Below are positions 1-11,063 of a stretch of 64,000 nucleotides of DNA, piece after piece. A model generated the notes under the pieces. That model did no database searches. It was not told the origin of the DNA and was given only the letters and a program-made list of their open reading frames with translations. Source of the DNA: Parcubacteria group bacterium (GTDB taxonomy: Bacteria; Patescibacteriota; Minisyncoccia; Moranbacterales; GCA-2747515); assembly GCA_041660065.1 (NCBI GenBank), contig JBAZXC010000002.1, positions 25,084 to 89,083 on the forward strand, read 5' to 3'. How positions within the stretch are numbered: the stretch's first letter is position 1; every line of letters begins with the position of its first letter. The position numbers and the translations under genes are program-made.

Positions 1-17
1 GTCCTGAAAAAACAAAA

Positions 18-50
18 AAACCGCACGTATTTCACAATACTGCGGTTTTT
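18..50. terminator. Hairpin (accgca...tgcggt) flanked by an A-run upstream and a T-run downstream. Candidate bidirectional rho-independent terminator, 3' of the minus-strand helicase gene.
   Basis: 6 bp GC-rich stem at 20-25/41-46. Run of A at 7-19 (T-run on the minus strand) and ttttt at 46-50. Confidence 0.45.
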
Positions 51-59
51 GTTGTATTC

Positions 60-1712
60 CTATCGTTCAAAGAATGTAAGAGCCTGACCGATCTTTATGC
101 CACGACCCGTGCGTCCGATGCGGTGGATATAATCCTCGTACGTTTCCGGCAGATCATAGTTGATCACATGTGTGATCCCGTCAATATCAATGCCTCGTGC
201 TACGACATCCGTCGCCACCAATATATGCAACTTGTCATCACGGAAAGATGCAAGCGCTCTTTGTCGTTGTCCTTGCGACATATCACCATGGATTGCATCT
301 GCACGAAGTCCGCGCTGATACAATTTTTGCGCCAATCTCTTGGCACCCATTTTTGTGCGGCTGAAAATCAATGCTTTGTAACATTCTTTTTTCTGCAGAA
401 CAGTGTGAAGTTTTTCCAACTTATCCTCATCCTTTCCCACAAAGATCACATCTTGTTTTACATTTTCCGATGTCGGTCGCGAAGAAATTTCCACCGTCAC
501 GGGTTTTTGCAAATAATTCAATGTCAACTTTGCGATCTTTTCATCCATTGTCGCAGAGAAGAAAAGGGACTGGCGTTCTCGCGCCACTTTGGATAACAAT
601 AATGTAATGTCATTGATAAAGCCCATATCCAACATACGATCCACCTCATCTAACACGACATTGTTGACCTTTCCGAGATGTAGCGCATTGCGTTGCATCA
701 AGTCCTTGGTGCGACCCGGCGTGCCGATGATGATCTGTGCAATCTTGCGCACACTGCGAAGCTGTTTGTGCATCGATGTACCACCGATACAAACGATCGT
801 TTGAATTTGCATGTTTTTTGTGAACATCTGACATTCCGCATCGATCTGCAATGCCAATTCTCGCGTCGGTGCAAGGATCAATACCTGTTGATGCGGGTCA
901 AGACAAATTTTGTGTAATAGCGGCAACAAGAACGCTGCCGTTTTACCCGTACCCGTATTGGCAATCCCGATCACATCGCGACCAGTCATTGCATGAGGAA
1001 TTGCCTGATCTTGAATCGGTGTCGGATGCTCATATCCGCGATCGACAATGTTTTTTTGCAACTTTGGATGCAAATGAAAATCAACAAAACGATTTTTTGA
1101 CACGTATTGTTTTGCATCTTCATTCTGTGCTGTCGCCTCTTTGATAAAAACTCTGTGATCATACACGGGAGTTTTTTTCTTATTGCGTCCGCGACCGCTT
1201 GTCTGTCCTGAAAATTTTCCACCGACAAAACGAGATGGCGTCTTTTTTTGATATGTTTTTTTTCTGTCATCAAATCGTTGTGTACGTCGATCAGAATTTT
1301 TGTATTCTGTGCGCACATCTTGTATGATCGCAGATGCTCTCGAAGAATCCGTTTTATGTGTATATGGACGTGTAACACTGCCCCCATCACTCGTAGCACC
1401 TCGTTTTTTAATTCGTGATGCTCGACCTCGATCAGTCACAGGACTTTCCGTTCTTTTCCATGGTTTTGCGCTTGTGCCTCGTGACGCACGATCTTGTGTG
1501 CCCTCACTTTTGTGTGCATACGGACGTGGAGAACTACTCCCTGCGGTACCACGCTTCTTAAAACTTGATCGTTTCTGTCCGCGATCATCCGCAGAACTTC
1601 CCGTTTTTTTCCATGGTTTTGCACCCGTGCTTTTTTGCACACGAGTACTGCTGGCATGGCCAGTTTTTCGCGCTGATGGTTTTTGACCACCGCGTTCACT
1701 CTTTCTATACAT
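60..1712 (-). CDS. DEAD-box ATP-dependent RNA helicase with a ~180 aa basic, repetitive N-terminal extension
   Basis: Q-motif TPIQ, Walker A TGTGKTAAF, DEVD box, SAT, HRIGRTGR in the C-terminal 370 aa. The N-terminus is K/R/S/G-rich with internal repeats (KPWKKTGSSADDRGQKR / KPWKRTESPVTDRGRASR). The true start within the extension is uncertain. Confidence 0.85.
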   Translation of the reverse strand: MYRKSERGGQKPSARKTGHASSTRVQKSTGAKPWKKTGSSADDRGQKRSSFKKRGTAGSSSPRPYAHKSEGTQDRASRGTSAKPWKRTESPVTDRGRASRIKKRGATSDGGSVTRPYTHKTDSSRASAIIQDVRTEYKNSDRRTQRFDDRKKTYQKKTPSRFVGGKFSGQTSGRGRNKKKTPVYDHRVFIKEATAQNEDAKQYVSKNRFVDFHLHPKLQKNIVDRGYEHPTPIQDQAIPHAMTGRDVIGIANTGTGKTAAFLLPLLHKICLDPHQQVLILAPTRELALQIDAECQMFTKNMQIQTIVCIGGTSMHKQLRSVRKIAQIIIGTPGRTKDLMQRNALHLGKVNNVVLDEVDRMLDMGFINDITLLLSKVARERQSLFFSATMDEKIAKLTLNYLQKPVTVEISSRPTSENVKQDVIFVGKDEDKLEKLHTVLQKKECYKALIFSRTKMGAKRLAQKLYQRGLRADAIHGDMSQGQRQRALASFRDDKLHILVATDVVARGIDIDGITHVINYDLPETYEDYIHRIGRTGRGIKIGQALTFFER

Positions 1713-1969
1713 AGTGTTCCCTGTTTACATAAATTACTCATAAACCCAAACACGCATTTCCCCAAAATCTATGAGTAAAAAATGTTCAGATCCAGATGTG
1801 CGCTAAAAAAACGCATCATTCGAGGATCATTTCAAAAAGTATTGTATAGCACCTATAAAAGTGCCCAATGAGACTCGAATGCCCATTATAGCACAAATAT
1901 GTGGAAAAAGCAATAGTCGTATGAAAAACATGGAAAAAAGCCTCAACCACTTCTTTCTTATGCAAATCG

Positions 1970-2740
1970 CTATACTGTTCTTTTGCGCAAGATCGCGATA
2001 TTATCTGATGAGATCTTTGTCAATTTTTTAACAGTATACCGTTCAAAAAATCCGACAAACTCAAATTTACCATTTTTTTCCACGAGTAATTTGAATTCCT
2101 CCGGCGACACGATCTTCACATCATCCCTATCGGCAAATGTCATTTTTTTACCATTGTCATTGACCTCCAACGTAAGCACTTGCGTCACAGACTGTGTCAC
2201 GAGATCTTTTGGGATCAGTTGGTATTTTGTCTTCACTGCAATTTTCCCTCGTCGCATTGTCCATTGATGTAATTTCCAAAACGTCGGATCCGCCCAATTG
2301 ATCGTAAGATTCTCAATAAGATAAAGCCCACCAACAGCGAGACTGTCCGCTACAGAATCCAAATGAGAGGAAAGTTGAGCATTGTTCTTAGCATAGACGA
2401 TCGATCCCATCATGATGTATGCAAAATCAACTTTTTCCTTCAAGGAAAATTCATTCATATCCGCTTTGACCGTTTCTATATTCACATTCTTCTGCACGGC
2501 CTTATTTTTCAGATATGCAAGCATCGCAGAACTTCCATCAAGGCCAATCGCTCTGTATCCCCTCTTTGCCATCTCCTCAAGTTGCAAAGCGGTGCCACAT
2601 GCAACATCCAAAACAGACGTCACTTTTACATCGCTATATTTTTTGATAAATTTTTCAAACAGATCCGCCTGCTTTTTGGGATCAATAAAGCTAAAGGCAA
2701 TTTCATAGTATTCTGCTTGTTTGTAAATTTGTGATTTCAT
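1970..2740 (-). CDS. Class I SAM-dependent methyltransferase
   Basis: Motif I VLDVACGTALQ followed by an acidic loop (LDGS), typical of the Rossmann methyltransferase fold. Confidence 0.7.
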   Translation of the reverse strand: MKSQIYKQAEYYEIAFSFIDPKKQADLFEKFIKKYSDVKVTSVLDVACGTALQLEEMAKRGYRAIGLDGSSAMLAYLKNKAVQKNVNIETVKADMNEFSLKEKVDFAYIMMGSIVYAKNNAQLSSHLDSVADSLAVGGLYLIENLTINWADPTFWKLHQWTMRRGKIAVKTKYQLIPKDLVTQSVTQVLTLEVNDNGKKMTFADRDDVKIVSPEEFKLLVEKNGKFEFVGFFERYTVKKLTKISSDNIAILRKRTV

Positions 2741-2780
2741 ATTATTTGTTATTAGTCGCTACACCAACTTCCCCGGTTTT

Positions 2781-3038
2781 TCATTTCAAACTACTTTTGA
2801 TCCTATCCATAAGAGGTTTCCATACCGAACCACTCTTCTTGATACTGGATTCTCTCGTGCGAGCAACCTCCTCTGTTAGATATGCTTCATAATATACAAG
2901 AGCAAGCGGGATGTAAAATTTGGTAGATTGAACCTCTCCACAATTGTGTTGTTCAATTCTTCTCTTCAAATCATTCGTTGATCCTTTATAAAACCAGTTC
3001 GGTTCTTTTTTTGACTGAAGAACATAAACGTACCACAT
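2781..3038 (-). CDS. Small stand-alone GIY-YIG nuclease family protein
   Basis: YVYVLQS...YKGSTNDLKRRIEQHN matches the GIY-YIG core. About 85 aa. Start taken at the internal Met MWYVYVL. Confidence 0.7.
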   Translation of the reverse strand: MWYVYVLQSKKEPNWFYKGSTNDLKRRIEQHNCGEVQSTKFYIPLALVYYEAYLTEEVARTRESSIKKSGSVWKPLMDRIKSSLK

Positions 3039-3214
3039 ATTAAACAAAACGAAATTACTATTTATTTCATTATTTTAACATGCAAAATTCAAGATTACTA
3101 AAAATATTTCTCAAATTCGCTCGCGAGCGACAAAGAACCTAAAAATTGTGTAAAAAAGTAGAAGTTCTCACGTGACGTGACCTACCACAATGCAGATAGA
3201 ATATCTGTGGCGGG

Positions 3215-3238
3215 CCACGTCGCTCGCGAGCGACGTGG
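3215..3238. repeat. 24 bp perfect palindrome ccacgtcgctcgcgagcgacgtgg, abutting or overlapping the 3' end of tRNA-Asp
   Basis: The sequence is its own reverse complement. A related palindrome tcgctcgcgagcga lies at 3117-3131, a cacgtgacgtg motif at 3170-3183 and a second hairpin ccacaatgcagatagaatatctgtgg at 3183-3210. Confidence 0.8.
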
Positions 3239-3312
3239 CGGGGACGACCGGGCTCGAACCGGCGACCTTCTGCGTGACAGGCAGACGCTCTAACCAGCTG
3301 AGCTACGCCCCC
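3236..3312 (-). tRNA. tRNA-Asp (anticodon GTC)
   Basis: The reverse complement gives GGGGGCGTAGCTCAGCTGGTTAGAGCGTCTGCCTGTCACGCAGAAGGTCGCCGGTTCGAGCCCGGTCGTCCCCGCCA. It has a cloverleaf with anticodon loop CTGTCAC, a GTTCGAGC T-loop and an encoded CCA. Confidence 0.85.
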
Positions 3313-3349
3313 AATATAAAATGTAAAATCAAAAATTAAAGATCAAAAA

Positions 3350-3724
3350 TCACTTTTCCTTTCGTAGAGTTATAATACTCTTACCAAAAATCTTTGATAT
3401 TTCATCCAGTTCCGAGAGAAACCAATCGATCTTTTCAGCCTTTACTTTACCACTATCTCTCAAAAGTGCAAACCAGTACTTGCTCTCATTTGCAGATTTC
3501 AAAGATATTGCAAAAAAATTTGTATACTCTTTTTTTGATACTGACGACTTACCCTCAATATAATTTGCCATGATGCTTGTCCCGGAGCGAAACAGTTGAT
3601 CCGCAATTTTACGACTCGTTAGATCGACCTTATCCAGTGAATCGATAAAATTGATCAGCTTCAATGTAAATTTATATAATCTCATCTTGAAATAATCTCC
3701 ATTGTTCTCTTTTTGATCTTTCAT
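3350..3724 (-). CDS. Four-helix-bundle protein (23S rRNA intervening-sequence protein family)
   Basis: Signature IMANYIEG (ANIAEG-like) and a YWFALL helix. The start is moved to the internal Met (MKDQ) because the upstream part of the ORF overlaps tRNA-Met. Confidence 0.65.
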   Translation of the reverse strand: MKDQKENNGDYFKMRLYKFTLKLINFIDSLDKVDLTSRKIADQLFRSGTSIMANYIEGKSSVSKKEYTNFFAISLKSANESKYWFALLRDSGKVKAEKIDWFLSELDEISKIFGKSIITLRKEK

Positions 3725-3747
3725 CTTTAATTTTTTATTTTTCACCG

Positions 3748-3821
3748 TACCAGGGGTGAGGATCGAACTCACGACCTTGGGCTTATGAGTCCCACGCTCT
3801 AACCGACTGAGCTACCCTGGC
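3748..3821 (-). tRNA. tRNA with CAT anticodon (Met, fMet or Ile2-lysidine; not resolvable by eye)
   Basis: Reverse complement GCCAGGGTAGCTCAGTCGGTTAGAGCGTGGGACTCATAAGCCCAAGGTCGTGAGTTCGATCCTCACCCCTGGTA. Anticodon loop CTCATAA, a G1:U72 wobble and A73. Confidence 0.75.
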
Positions 3822-3950
3822 CTGCCTAATTTTCTACCCCCGTTATCAGTTGAAAAAATAACACAGTCAGAAAATTTGGCAGGCTGGCCTGCCTAATTTT
3901 CCATCCCTGTTATCAGTTGAAAAAATAACACAGTCAGAAAATTTGGCAGA
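3817..3950. repeat. Tandem direct repeat, 2 x ~67 bp
   Basis: ctggcctgcctaattttc-N-gttatcagttgaaaaaataacacagtcagaaaatttggcag appears at 3817 and again at 3884, with 3 mismatches. Each unit has internal inverted repeats (cctgcctaattttc / gaaaatttggcagg and gttat...ataac). Copy 1 includes the first bases of the tRNA 5' end, so the duplication spans the tRNA promoter region. Confidence 0.85.
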
Positions 3951-4061
3951 CCAGTTTTTAAAGTTAAAAAGCCAAAAGTGCAAAGTATATGCTTTATAAA
4001 CTTTTTTCGTCATAGACGAATCCGCATTTTGCAGAAACTTTTCACCTTCAACTAAGCGTGT

Positions 4062-4133
4062 TGCGGGAGCCGGATTTGAACCGGCGACCTTCTGGTTATG
4101 AGCCAGACGAGCTGCCAGACTGCTCTATCCCGC
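4062..4133 (-). tRNA. Second CAT-anticodon tRNA (elongator Met or Ile2 candidate)
   Basis: Reverse complement GCGGGATAGAGCAGTCTGGCAGCTCGTCTGGCTCATAACCAGAAGGTCGCCGGTTCAAATCCGGCTCCCGCA. Anticodon loop CTCATAA and a GGTTCAAAT T-arm. Confidence 0.7.
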
Positions 4134-4218
4134 TATATATACTAAACAGAAAAACAGTAAACGTGTACAGGGAAAATTGTACCATCTGACGATAATATTG
4201 TCAATCAAAAAAGAAATC

Positions 4219-4746
4219 TCACAAAACGTCGATGCTTTGCAAAAAGTATTTATAGACTTCCAAAGCATTTTTTGCCTGTTCTTGGGTGATCTGTACATTT
4301 TCCTTTTGTACGATTTTGTTGCTCAGCGCATGCACATCACGCACCGCATCAAGCGACGAGAGACTCCCTTGCGGGATACGCGCCAAACGCTCGGCAAATG
4401 TACTACCACCATATCCCTGCACTTCCAATGATTTGTATACGAAATGATCCGCCTCCAGTATGGCGGCTAGATATTGTTTGGTATCATCCGACCGCAAACG
4501 ATCAGTGATCGCACTCCATTCCCGCATATCATTTTTCTTGCTCGTTTTCTTTGCACCGGTTCCCATACGCATACTGCGCAATTGTTTGCGCACATTACCC
4601 AAATGGATCAAAAGGATCACATCCACAACCAAAACGGTGGAATAAATTACAAGAAAGATCTTTATGAATAAAAAGAGACCGCTGTGTAAAAATGCCACAA
4701 AAAGATTTTGTGCCGTAGATCCTAAAGTGACCAAAACATCTTCCAT
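4219..4746 (-). CDS. Hypothetical membrane-anchored protein downstream of gatCA
   Basis: N-terminal hydrophobic segment (LFLFIKIFLVIYSTVLVVDVILLI) followed by a soluble charged domain. No family recognised. Confidence 0.4.
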   Translation of the reverse strand: MEDVLVTLGSTAQNLFVAFLHSGLFLFIKIFLVIYSTVLVVDVILLIHLGNVRKQLRSMRMGTGAKKTSKKNDMREWSAITDRLRSDDTKQYLAAILEADHFVYKSLEVQGYGGSTFAERLARIPQGSLSSLDAVRDVHALSNKIVQKENVQITQEQAKNALEVYKYFLQSIDVL

Positions 4747-4752
4747 ACTCTA

Positions 4753-6180
4753 TTATGAATTAATTTCAAACGTATATCCTGCATTCAAAATTCCTTCTTC
4801 ATCAAACCATTTGCCCATCAACTGTCCTCCGACAGGAAGTTGTATGCCATCGCATGTCATTGTGCCTACCGGGATCGAAAGTCCCGGTACACCGACAAGG
4901 TTTGCCGTTACTGTATAGATATCCGAAAGATACATCTTGAGCGGATCATCGCATTTTTCACCGATCTTAAACGCAACCTCCGGCGCTGTCGGCGTGAATA
5001 CATAATGCACTTTTGTAAACGCATTCTCGAAATCTTTTTTCAAAAGCGCGCGAACCTTTTGCGCCTTCTTGTAATACGCATCATAATATCCCGCGGAAAG
5101 CGTATACGTCCCCAACATCACACGTCTCTTGATCTCCGGACCAAACCCCTTACCACGCGTTTCCATATATTGTTCCAATACGGTTTTTGGATCGATGCCT
5201 TGTGCCCCACCAAACCGTATGCCATCGTAACGCGCCAAATTTGAGCTCAGTTCTGAAGGCATGATGATATAGTATGTTGCAAGCGCATACTCGGTGTGTG
5301 GTAAACTGATATCCACGATCTCTGCACCAAGTTCTTTGAATTTCTCCACACTTTGCATAAATACCTCTTTCACACCATCATCCAAACCCTCGCCGAGGTA
5401 TTCTTTTGGGATACCGATCTTTACTCCCTTGATATCGCCAATACAATAATCCTCATACGACTTATCGCCACTTTGCGCGCTCGTCGCATCTTGCGGATCA
5501 TGTCCCGCGATCCGACTGAGCACGATCGCCGCGTCTTCCACCGTCTTGGTAATTGATCCAACCTGATCCAAGCTTGAACCCATTGCGATCACACCATACC
5601 GCGACACGCGTCCGTAGGTTGGCTTGAGTCCCACGACACCGCAAAAGCTCGCCGGCTGGCGAATTGATCCTCCTGTATCGGTGCCGAGTGCCCACACCAC
5701 TTCATCACTCCCTACCGCTGCAGCGCTACCACCACTTGTGCCACCAGGTACACGCGTAGGATCAACAGGATTTTTGGTCGGACCGTACGCACTGTTTTCT
5801 GTAGTACTACCGCATGCAAACTCATCAAGATTTGTTTTGCCGACGATCACTGCATCACTTTCTTTGATTCGTTTGGCAACTGTAGCATCATATGGTGCAA
5901 TATAATTTTCCAATATTTTTGACGCCGCAGTTGTTATCGTGCCAGCCATACAGATATTATCCTTCACTGCACAGGGAATGCCTGCCAACAGATCGATTTT
6001 TTCACCATTTTTGATCTTTGCATCCACTTCTGCTGCTTTGTGCAATGCCTGTTCTTTTGTAAGGCTAAGAAAAGCATGTAACTCGCCGTCCTTTTGATCA
6101 ATTGTTGCAAAAGATCTTTCCGCAAGTTCAACAGCAGTTACCTCGCCTTGTACTAATTTTTCATGTAAATCTCTGATCAT
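4753..6180 (-). CDS. gatA: Glutamyl-tRNA(Gln) amidotransferase subunit A
   Basis: Amidase signature GGTSGGSAAAVGSDEV. The N-terminus MIRDLHEKLVQGEVTAVEL is typical of GatA. Start placed at the internal Met so it does not overlap gatC. Confidence 0.9.
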   Translation of the reverse strand: MIRDLHEKLVQGEVTAVELAERSFATIDQKDGELHAFLSLTKEQALHKAAEVDAKIKNGEKIDLLAGIPCAVKDNICMAGTITTAASKILENYIAPYDATVAKRIKESDAVIVGKTNLDEFACGSTTENSAYGPTKNPVDPTRVPGGTSGGSAAAVGSDEVVWALGTDTGGSIRQPASFCGVVGLKPTYGRVSRYGVIAMGSSLDQVGSITKTVEDAAIVLSRIAGHDPQDATSAQSGDKSYEDYCIGDIKGVKIGIPKEYLGEGLDDGVKEVFMQSVEKFKELGAEIVDISLPHTEYALATYYIIMPSELSSNLARYDGIRFGGAQGIDPKTVLEQYMETRGKGFGPEIKRRVMLGTYTLSAGYYDAYYKKAQKVRALLKKDFENAFTKVHYVFTPTAPEVAFKIGEKCDDPLKMYLSDIYTVTANLVGVPGLSIPVGTMTCDGIQLPVGGQLMGKWFDEEGILNAGYTFEINS

Positions 6181-6205
6181 ATATAATTTCCAGTATACTA
6201 CTAAT

Positions 6206-6496
6206 TTATAATACGCTTTGCACCTTAATATATCCGTCCTTCTGACGCGACACATTGTCCATCATCCGCACCTTCTCTTCGATAGATGGCTCCATGATCG
6301 CATCAGCACGATACACATCCGTCATACCGGTAATATGCCCGATTTCCTCCACATCATCCGTATTCACTTCTTGGAGTTTTTCAAAATAATGCAATACCGA
6401 GGAAAGATCATGACGATATGATTCATTTTCCGCATCCGTAATACTTACACGCGCCAAAAGAGCAATGTCCTTGATATCATCATTTGTTAGTTCCAT
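6206..6496 (-). CDS. gatC: Asp/Glu-tRNA amidotransferase subunit C
   Basis: 96 aa. Begins MELTNDDIKDIALLARVSITDAE and ends HYFEKLQEVNTDDVE, as in GatC. Sits immediately upstream of gatA. Confidence 0.85.
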   Translation of the reverse strand: MELTNDDIKDIALLARVSITDAENESYRHDLSSVLHYFEKLQEVNTDDVEEIGHITGMTDVYRADAIMEPSIEEKVRMMDNVSRQKDGYIKVQSVL

Positions 6497-6566
6497 ACGT
6501 CATTTTTTTATACATTACACTGTTCTTACTATACGCAATATTTTATACGAGAGCAACAGATCACAT

Positions 6567-7271
6567 TTACATCACAGAGGCCTGATCGTCCGATATTTCT
6601 TTAAGCAGTGGCTCGACATCTTCATCGATCGTACTCTTAAAATCTTGCCATTCTTGTTCTCCGGACGTATCGCCATTGGATTGTTGTGAGCCTTCATATG
6701 CCATGATACCGAGAAATGCCAACAGCCCAAAAATACACATGAGGAAAAAGATTATCAATGCATAAAAAGCAAATACCGATCCAACAACGATTTTGCGCGG
6801 ACCTTCATCCGTATACACCACGACGGATTTTGCGATCATATCATGCAACCCCTGTTTTTTGCTTGTAAAACCAACCATAATATATCCAACACACAACGTG
6901 ATCCCCGATACCAATTTTCCAATTGTCTCCCGCAAGATAATACTTCCCAAAGTCAGTGGTTGTCCATCCTCTGCCACAACGCGCGCGCCGACTGCCATCT
7001 TTCCCAGCGTTGCCTGATATTTATGTGTCATAAAGATATAATATCCCCACCCGATGATCATACCCACGATCGTTGTGACTATTCGCGCAAGAATCTCCAT
7101 AACGTGCGTTTTGTCCATTGCTGCAAAAACACCAAACATGATGCTGAGCGGGATAATAATGACCATCGACGCAAAGGATATGACAAACCCATCAATAATG
7201 CGTGCCGCAAAACGAACCCAAAATCCGCCATAACGTACACTCACCTGTGGAACATCACTTGTTGTTTCCAT
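6567..7271 (-). CDS. RDD family membrane protein
   Basis: Multiple TM helices and an RDD-like core (YQATLGKMAVGARVVAEDG). Acidic C-terminal tail. Confidence 0.6.
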   Translation of the reverse strand: METTSDVPQVSVRYGGFWVRFAARIIDGFVISFASMVIIIPLSIMFGVFAAMDKTHVMEILARIVTTIVGMIIGWGYYIFMTHKYQATLGKMAVGARVVAEDGQPLTLGSIILRETIGKLVSGITLCVGYIMVGFTSKKQGLHDMIAKSVVVYTDEGPRKIVVGSVFAFYALIIFFLMCIFGLLAFLGIMAYEGSQQSNGDTSGEQEWQDFKSTIDEDVEPLLKEISDDQASVM

Positions 7272-7328
7272 ATTTTTTTATTATTACTTACTTTATAAAC
7301 TTTCTCCTTTATAAACTTTTTACTCCTT

Positions 7329-9580
<2,252 letters not shown>

Positions 9581-9607
9581 ATATTCTACACCACAACGAC
9601 AAAAATC

Positions 9608-9636
9608 AAAAAACCCTCACAAAGAGGGTTTTTATA
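9608..9636. terminator. Rho-independent terminator (aaccctcacaaagagggtt followed by T-runs on both strands)
   Basis: 7 bp stem ccctc/gaggg with T-runs on both sides. Lies immediately 3' of the LamG-domain gene at the end of the long minus-strand cluster. Confidence 0.7.
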
Positions 9637-9650
9637 CGCAGATGTGCTCC

Positions 9651-11045
9651 TTACGGTGTATAGCATTTTGGTTTCAGATTTTTTGGATCACTCTGTGCAT
9701 CAACACATAAGCGATTGACTTCGTTATCCGTAAGTGATCGGTCCCACATGCGCAAATCATCAATCGCACCCATATAAAATCCTGTCGTATGATCCTGTGT
9801 ACCGACATACAAAACCTCGCTTGGCACAGTCATAGATGTTCCTGATAGATCCCCTTTCTTCTGTTTGTCATCCACGACGATCTTTACTTCTTCACCACTT
9901 TTCCATCGCCCGACAATATGATGCCAATCCGTATTATCGATCGCATCCTCAGAACATGCCTCTTTATTTTGCACCATAAAACACACTTTACCGGCATCTA
10001 GATATACTTTATACCCATCACTGCTTGCATATTGCGATACGAGCGTGCCCGTGGAGCTTGCGACATCTTGCTTGATCCACAGAGAAATTGTGACACTATC
10101 GGTAAAATCGATCTTATTTTCCGTTGCTTTATCGACACAATTAAAATCATCAATGCCACAATTATTATCAATGTACATTGCCAGATAATCCGTGCCATCA
10201 AAATAGATTGCTTCTTGTGCATCATCGCCATACGGACTACCGATCACAGCGTCCTCCACCACAAAACCATCCACCCATGCTTCATCTTTTTCCGGTTCCA
10301 TAAAGTCTGTACTATTAGCCTCACACTCTGGAGAGAAGTCTACGACATTCCCCATTTTTGTGCCATCCGGTAGCGTGACCTTCACTGAATCTTCTTCCGG
10401 GTGGCACAGCGTCAAGACATGATCGTTTTTAGAAGAATCTTGTGCGATATACGCCTTTTCATCCTCGGTGAGTCGTGAATTGATCGCACGATCTTCAAAT
10501 GACCAGTGTGCCACAAGTCCCCGCGTCAAACTGTCACGCAATTTTACAAAAACCGCACGCACTGCCGTGCTATAGTTACCGGCAACTTTGAACCGCGCCA
10601 CATCTGCCAATTGCGCGTCACAATGTTGCAATGGTACCAAGTCAGAAGCCAAAACATCTTTTCTGAGATCCCATCCGGAATCATGTTCAACAACGGGATT
10701 TTCCATATATGCAGAAATGATGAACTCTGTATTCTTGTCACCGATATGCGCGGGAATTTCTGCAGACGGTCCGTCAACACATTTATAAACACCTGCACCA
10801 TAGATCTCATTCAATTTACCCGTCAATACACTAAGCGTATCGGTCTGCTCCAAATCCTTGTATAGCTGTTGAAGAAACTCTTCCATGCCCTTATCAGCTT
10901 GTTGAAATGCCGTTGTGGAATTCACAGAAATGTTGGCACTGCGTCGCTCCACCAACGTCACCGCCGCGACGGAAAAAGCCGCGATCAAAATGAATGATAA
11001 AACGATAAGTGCAAAAACGACAATGGAACCTTTGTGATATTTCAT
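9651..11045 (-). CDS. Membrane-anchored LamG / concanavalin A-like lectin domain protein (pilus-associated; candidate tip or adhesin protein)
   Basis: N-terminus MKYHKG followed by a hydrophobic helix, pilin-leader-like but lacking Glu+5. C-terminal motif IDDLRMWDRSLTDNEVNRL is typical of LamG-fold (LamG_3-like) domains. Last gene of the pilin/pseudopilin block. Confidence 0.55.
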   Translation of the reverse strand: MKYHKGSIVVFALIVLSFILIAAFSVAAVTLVERRSANISVNSTTAFQQADKGMEEFLQQLYKDLEQTDTLSVLTGKLNEIYGAGVYKCVDGPSAEIPAHIGDKNTEFIISAYMENPVVEHDSGWDLRKDVLASDLVPLQHCDAQLADVARFKVAGNYSTAVRAVFVKLRDSLTRGLVAHWSFEDRAINSRLTEDEKAYIAQDSSKNDHVLTLCHPEEDSVKVTLPDGTKMGNVVDFSPECEANSTDFMEPEKDEAWVDGFVVEDAVIGSPYGDDAQEAIYFDGTDYLAMYIDNNCGIDDFNCVDKATENKIDFTDSVTISLWIKQDVASSTGTLVSQYASSDGYKVYLDAGKVCFMVQNKEACSEDAIDNTDWHHIVGRWKSGEEVKIVVDDKQKKGDLSGTSMTVPSEVLYVGTQDHTTGFYMGAIDDLRMWDRSLTDNEVNRLCVDAQSDPKNLKPKCYTP

Positions 11046-11063
11046 ATCATCTAATTTAATAAC

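Noticed and set aside
3350-3772. Full-length 140 aa version of the four-helix-bundle ORF
   Set aside because: Its first 16 codons overlap the tRNA (3748-3821). An internal Met start avoids the overlap, so the ORF was trimmed rather than accepted as is.
4753-6255. Upstream extension of gatA (MCRVRRTDILRCKAYYKL...)
   Set aside because: The extension overlaps the gatC stop region and is Cys/Arg-rich, unlike GatA N-termini. The internal MIRDLHEKL start matches GatA.
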